In this document: positions 61,501 to 64,000 of the stretch, in pieces
How positions within the stretch are numbered: the stretch's first letter is position 1
How the letters are laid out: each line of letters opens with the position of its first letter
Source: Thainema sp.
Lineage (GTDB): Bacteria; Cyanobacteriota; Cyanobacteriia; Phormidesmidales; Phormidesmidaceae
Assembly (NCBI GenBank): GCA_052168235.1
Contig: JBQLZK010000019.1
Location: 1 to 64,000 of the forward strand
Length of the DNA stretch: 64,000 nt
Reading direction: 5' to 3'
Position numbers and translations under genes: made by a program
Notes under the pieces: model-generated
Database searches by the model: none
What the model was told of the DNA's origin: nothing
What the model saw: the letters and a program-made list of their open reading frames with translations, nothing else

Positions 61501-61813
61501 CAATGTTGTGCCCCAGCCGCCTGTCTATGTCCGCTGGGATTTAACCTGGCATCTGGTCGAAATGGACAATACCTTGCAGTTGAACTGTCTCTACGGTGCT
61601 AGCCTGTTTGAGCCAGCGACCTTACAGAGGTGGATTGCTGAGTATGTGGCGCTTCTACGAGGAATGATTCAGAATCCTCAGGTTTCGATTCAAGACCTGG
61701 ATCAGCAGCTAGATCATCTGACCAAAACCCAGTCCCGACAGCTACAGGTTACATTAACCCAAACCAACCGCCAGAAGCTGGAATTGATCCATCGACGAGC
61801 CGTTCAGCCGTAG
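55577..61813 (+). CDS. Hybrid PKS/NRPS: KS-AT-ACP-aminotransferase(III)-condensation
   Basis: DTACSSS/HGTGT/NIGHLE; GHSLG and HAFHS (malonyl-type AT); GADS; FDEIITG and TYGK; HHIVVDG. Confidence 0.92.
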   Translation: MNSVAIVGLSCRFPGADSPDAFWHLLQQGQDAVTRIPHDRQNPDLAGDSGASLNPAFSDQTNSFKADWGGFLSEIDQFDADFFGISPREAEQIDPQQRLLLEVTWEGLEQAAIAPSTLAGSNTGVFIGISHSDYRHALQQQGTPNPYSGTGTALCIAANRISYRLNLRGPSLAVDTACSSSLMAVHLACQSLKTGECGLAIAGGVNLRLSSTLTRVFQQAGMMAADGRCKTFDAQADGYVRSEGCGVVVLKRLADAERDCDRIFAAIRGSAVNQDGLSNGLTAPNGPAQQAVIRQALVQAGVAPHAVSYVEAHGTGTALGDPIEVNALKSVLMEGRSPQQPCAIGSVKTNIGHLEAAAGMASLIKVVLALQHRQIPPHLHLQQLNPRIDLSETPFFIPQQLQPWQLPAGENDYIAGISAFSFGGTNAHIIMSAAPELPVQLPKTLPGQSSTEVQAGSAWHLLMLSAKSKPALSALARRYAQFLQAQPDVSLDNLCFTAHTGRSAFPHRCAIVANSVTDLRSQLSLATQGQAGEQILQAKAARRQPAITFLCTGQGAQYVGMGRQLYQTQPTFRRILQNCDQFLRTEFDQPLLSLLYPETETEASAAQLNQTAYTQPALFALEYALAELWREWGVVPQQVIGHSLGEYVAACVAGALSWEDGLRLVTVRSHLMQSLPANGTMAVVFAAAETIQTAIDQVGSAVAIAVVNSSRNTVIAGVKAAVDQVLQVLAEQSIRSRALPVSHAFHSPLMEPILAKFEAVAASITYQTPHIPMISNVTGQPLTSPPDAAYWCQHLRQTVQFAAGVEYLATQTSLQNSQQNSLWVEIGPHSTLLGIVQRDYPAAVQPWLPSLERGEKDEAVILRSLGHLATQGIQVDWTAFHQHRSCQRIALPTYPFQRQRYWFQPMQPAQPIMPSSNHSSAHSSVPPVAPIQEKLQTLVAGLLKVSTEQVDTQAPFLEMGADSIVLIEAVQAIEANFGIKVTIRQFFEDLRTIEELAAFIAASTAQREVSPSVSSDTVPTTSDQAQLSSSKVQANSRSQSGSTETLSNPQSSQPVNPPLIQSIPTNRGATALERVVTQQLQVMAQQLAILQQADSALATAVTAPDTLPNALSNEASITAPAPKSSSVSPSIPQPTTVARPSPKSVSAETTAALTAQQQQHLQSLIQRYTQRTAGSKRRKEMSHPYLADSRACAGFRRSTKEMLYPIVGIRAAGSRLWDVDGNEYIDITMGFGVHLFGHAAPFIQSALEAQLQKGTQIGPQAELAGEVAQLIHELTGMERVTFAQSGTEAVMTALRLARTATGRTKIARFAQSYHGHFDGVLARSQSVGDGQQTVPLAPGIPSGMVEDVLVLEYGNLRSLQVLQDHAHELAAVLVEPVQSRRPDVQPRQFLHDLRQLTVDHGIALIFDEIITGFRIHPGGAQAWFGVEADIATYGKVLGGGMPIGVIAGKAQYMDGIDGGLWHYGDDSYPSAERTFFAGTFCKPPLALAAAKAVLLHLKQEGAQLQEQLNQRTTQLVQRLNSFFDQAEVPIRMVQFGSLFRFAFTGNYDLLFYHLIEKGIYIWEGRNCFLSTAHTEADVERIIQAVQASVAEMQAGGFLPGKSLTVVETLPLTPSQQEIWLLAHLQTAASLAYNESIWLDLRGKLEVSVLHRSLQQVVNRHEALRTAFLPSGEAQQIQPQVTVDLPVIDFTSDSSSASPSEQATRLQAWLQAEQQQPFDLTQAPLLRVQLLKLAEQHYGLVLTVHHIVVDGWSTQVLLEEMTAFYNAAVQERTVEESAIALPPPASYRAYIQRQCQTPAQDKAYWRDQFAQGLPRWRLPTESTADQQADYRGDQLQYELPTNLYQTIQTWSGQQGCTPFMTLLAGFNLLLHRCSKVSDLIVGISVAGQAQQDNPNLVGHCVNVLPLRSQIQPDQSLINYLHNLRTRLLDSYDHVNYSFSQLVRSLQIPRDPRTPILPVLFNLDPSLPVPSLHDLAVNVVPQPPVYVRWDLTWHLVEMDNTLQLNCLYGASLFEPATLQRWIAEYVALLRGMIQNPQVSIQDLDQQLDHLTKTQSRQLQVTLTQTNRQKLELIHRRAVQP

Positions 61814-61831
61814 ATCAAGTCGAATATATAC

Positions 61832-61880
61832 ACTTATGTCTGTGGAAAGCTGGCTAAGCCAGCCTTCCACAGACATAAGT
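61832..61880. terminator. Hairpin between the convergent PKS and sucrase-ferredoxin genes
   Basis: ACTTATGTCTGTGGAA..GCTGGC-taa-GCCAGC..TTCCACAGACATAAGT. Confidence 0.65.
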
Positions 61881-61927
61881 TGAGTTTTAAATTGCGCGTT
61901 GCTTAACCCAACCTACAAAGATTAGTC

Positions 61928-62920
61928 CTAGGTTTCTACCAAAACTTTCCTCAGATCGTGAACTTGGTACTGCTTTATGGATCTGAAATCGCCCTTGCCA
62001 GAGTTATTCAGCGTTGTCACTGAGCCGCTGACAGCAACCGTAGCGTGATAGGAGCCAGAAACTTGTCCATCTGGGCTAGTAAAGTCAATTTGAACCTGAG
62101 TGTGCGATCGCACTTCATCTACGTCAATGATTTGGCCGGATTGACGATAGTCGCACCAAGCCCAGCCCTCCTGCATGAGGATTTCGCGCTCGACAATTTG
62201 AGCCATTGGCGGTAGGCCAGCCCAGCCCCGATAGCAGTCTCGCAGTGCCGTCACGGGCTGATCCTGACGCGTGAGAATCTGGGCGGTTTCGAGGTCTAGG
62301 TGGCCCCAGTAGCGACCTGTGGGAAAGTCGATCAGCGTGGGGGCTAGCCGATGGCTGCCGATGTGGCTCGTACGCCAAATCCGAGTGCGATCGCGTTCAG
62401 CGTCGGCCTGTAACGCAGCATAGATCGGCTCACCAAACTTGCCGCAGCAGATATCCAGTTCGGCGTGGGTACAAATCAGCAAGTCGCGCATTGTATTGTC
62501 CTGACGATAAGCATCAAAGGCCGCTAGCTGGTCAGGATGATGCAGCGCTTGCACCAGCGGAATGACCTGATCATTGGGTACCCAAAACTCTTGTTTTTCG
62601 TAGGTGGCGAACTGTTCCGAGGGTCGCTGCCAGTACAGAATTCGGCGATAGCCTGGTTTAGAGTAGTTGGGATCAGGTGCGATCGCGAGACAGCGCCCTT
62701 TGGCGCTCCGCTGAGCGGCCTGCTGCAAAATTGGCATCAGATCTTTTGGGAAATCATCGGCCTGTAGCGCATTGCGACCCCACGGTGGAGCAACTTCAAT
62801 CACTAAATAGCGATCGCATTCTGAAGCCGAGCCAATCGGATCTTCACCGTTCTGCTTGGAAAAGACCGCACAGAGATCTGCATCTGGACACGTTGTAACG
62901 GATTCGGACGAACTGATCAT
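61928..62920 (-). CDS. Sucrase/ferredoxin-like protein
   Basis: ICTHAELDICCGKFG, SHIGSHRLAP, YRGW. Confidence 0.85.
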   Translation of the reverse strand: MISSSESVTTCPDADLCAVFSKQNGEDPIGSASECDRYLVIEVAPPWGRNALQADDFPKDLMPILQQAAQRSAKGRCLAIAPDPNYSKPGYRRILYWQRPSEQFATYEKQEFWVPNDQVIPLVQALHHPDQLAAFDAYRQDNTMRDLLICTHAELDICCGKFGEPIYAALQADAERDRTRIWRTSHIGSHRLAPTLIDFPTGRYWGHLDLETAQILTRQDQPVTALRDCYRGWAGLPPMAQIVEREILMQEGWAWCDYRQSGQIIDVDEVRSHTQVQIDFTSPDGQVSGSYHATVAVSGSVTTLNNSGKGDFRSIKQYQVHDLRKVLVET

Positions 62921-63004
62921 AGGGCTTCAATTAATGATTGAGGACGAATAATTTATCCTTGATGTGGGCAAATGGCTATTTGGCATGTGTTTAGCGCAGC
63001 TATG

Positions 63005-63100
63005 GGATCCCCCGCTGTTGCCGCCCCTTTTTTAAGGGGGCTGTTCTAACTCTGGCCCAAAGCCCCCTTTTTTCTAGGCGAAGCCATGCCCAAAGGGCTA
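63005..63100. repeat. Dispersed repeat family C (inverted relative to 3652-3754)
   Basis: CCCCTTTTTTAAGGGG and CCCCCTTTTTTCTAGGCGAAGCCATGCCCAAAGGGCTA. Confidence 0.7.
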
Positions 63101-63129
63101 CAGCTAGATAATGCTCGACCACGGTGAAA

Positions 63130-64000
63130 CTAGGTTTGGCCATTCGTAGGTTCAGCATCCGTTAGATACTTAAAAAGATCATCTAACACGGCGTTGGCAG
63201 CCAGGATGCCGTTGCCGAGAAACCAGGTATCAAATGGAACTTGGTAGACGCGACCACGTTGGACAGCATCAAGCTGATTCCATAGCGGATGATTCATGAT
63301 TTGCTGTGCCATTGAATCTTGCGGATTGTCTTGAAAGTAAAAGATCACATCTCCATCCATTGCCGGAATGGCTTCAATACTGACCGTTTCGTAAAATTTA
63401 TCTTTATTTTGGGCTTCCGGTCGGGGGAGTCCAACCTGCTCCAAAACATAGCCACAAAATGAGTCTTTCATATACAATCGCACCTGATCAGGCCTGAATC
63501 GCAGGACTGAAACGGTTGTTGTATTCAAGCGTTCACCCATTTGCTGCCGAAAGGCTTGAATACGAGCTTGATAGTCTTGTAGTAACTGTTCGGCTTGCTC
63601 AGTCTTGCCCAGCGCTTCTGCGTAGTTCAACAAGGCATCTGCTCGGTTCTCAACCAGTACCGTAGGTGCAATCTGAGACAGCGCACCGAAAAGCTGCTGA
63701 TGGTCGTCCACAGAGCTGAGAATCAAGTCTGGATTAAGCTGCAAAATCGTTTCTAGATTAGGCTGAGCGGCATGACCAACGTTCTTGATCCCGGCGGTTT
63801 TGTTAGCTAGATAGTCTGGAAAATCGCCGTAGTCCGACCGCTGGGGAAATCCAGCATAGGTTGAGCCAATGGGTTTTGTGCCAAGTGCGATCGCACTATC
63901 TAATGCGCTTTGAGCCAACACCACCACTCGTTCAGGAGAATCTGGCACAACCGTTTCTCCCAAAGCATGTTCAACAACTCGGCCATTTTCTGGCTGCACA
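63130..64000 (-). CDS. Iron-siderophore ABC transporter substrate-binding protein (5' end outside window)
   Basis: HALGET, PERVVVL, PNLETILQLNPDLI, LSQIAPTV, PLWNQLDAV. Confidence 0.9.
   Translation of the reverse strand, partial: VQPENGRVVEHALGETVVPDSPERVVVLAQSALDSAIALGTKPIGSTYAGFPQRSDYGDFPDYLANKTAGIKNVGHAAQPNLETILQLNPDLILSSVDDHQQLFGALSQIAPTVLVENRADALLNYAEALGKTEQAEQLLQDYQARIQAFRQQMGERLNTTTVSVLRFRPDQVRLYMKDSFCGYVLEQVGLPRPEAQNKDKFYETVSIEAIPAMDGDVIFYFQDNPQDSMAQQIMNHPLWNQLDAVQRGRVYQVPFDTWFLGNGILAANAVLDDLFKYLTDAEPTNGQT

Noticed and set aside
1..64000. CRISPR array, tRNA or rRNA
   Set aside because: Repeats are dispersed palindromes without regular spacers; no tRNA or rRNA signatures recognised
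1..64000. HIP1 (often TGCGATCGCA) abundance as a novelty
   Set aside because: Well-known cyanobacterial feature; used only as a taxonomic clue

Overview
Genomic DNA of a cyanobacterium: HIP1 GCGATCGC is very frequent, and psbA, petC, hemJ, an AMIN-domain TonB receptor and a PEP-CTERM protein are present. Six blocks are visible. (1) 1-9.5 kb: a minus-strand glycan cassette (3 CgeB-type and 1 GT4 glycosyltransferases, a B12/radical SAM protein, a GH-epimerase fusion and an epimerase) resembling the 'rhizo-twelve' system. (2) 10-15.6 kb: an RND pump with a divergent PadR regulator and a tandem operator array. (3) 16.5-32.8 kb: a putative sulfide/low-oxygen photosynthesis island with SQR, a rogue D1 lacking Mn ligands, a microaerobic D1', an alternative Rieske PetC, a Tll0287-like haem protein, DUF302/DUF2892, an ACR3-like transporter and two FabX/UfaA-like flavoproteins; its promoters share a 16-bp palindrome, ATAAC-N6-GTTAT. 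(4) 33-42 kb: accessory genes (ankyrin and SMI1/KNR4 genes behind identical REP-HIP1 repeats, hemJ, YhcG, TIGR04282/04283 transferases, corA). (5) 42.5-48.7 kb: an unassigned biosynthetic operon (diiron HDO oxidase, enolase-superfamily enzyme, GH3 ligase, membrane protein, CocE hydrolase). (6) 50-64 kb: an iron/siderophore locus (TonB receptor, FAAL, ACP, KS-AT-ACP-AMT-C megasynthase, sucrase-ferredoxin, siderophore-binding protein). Several families of dispersed palindromic repeats and an IS66 relic also occur. No tRNA, rRNA or CRISPR array was seen. All family calls come from motif recognition, not database searches.
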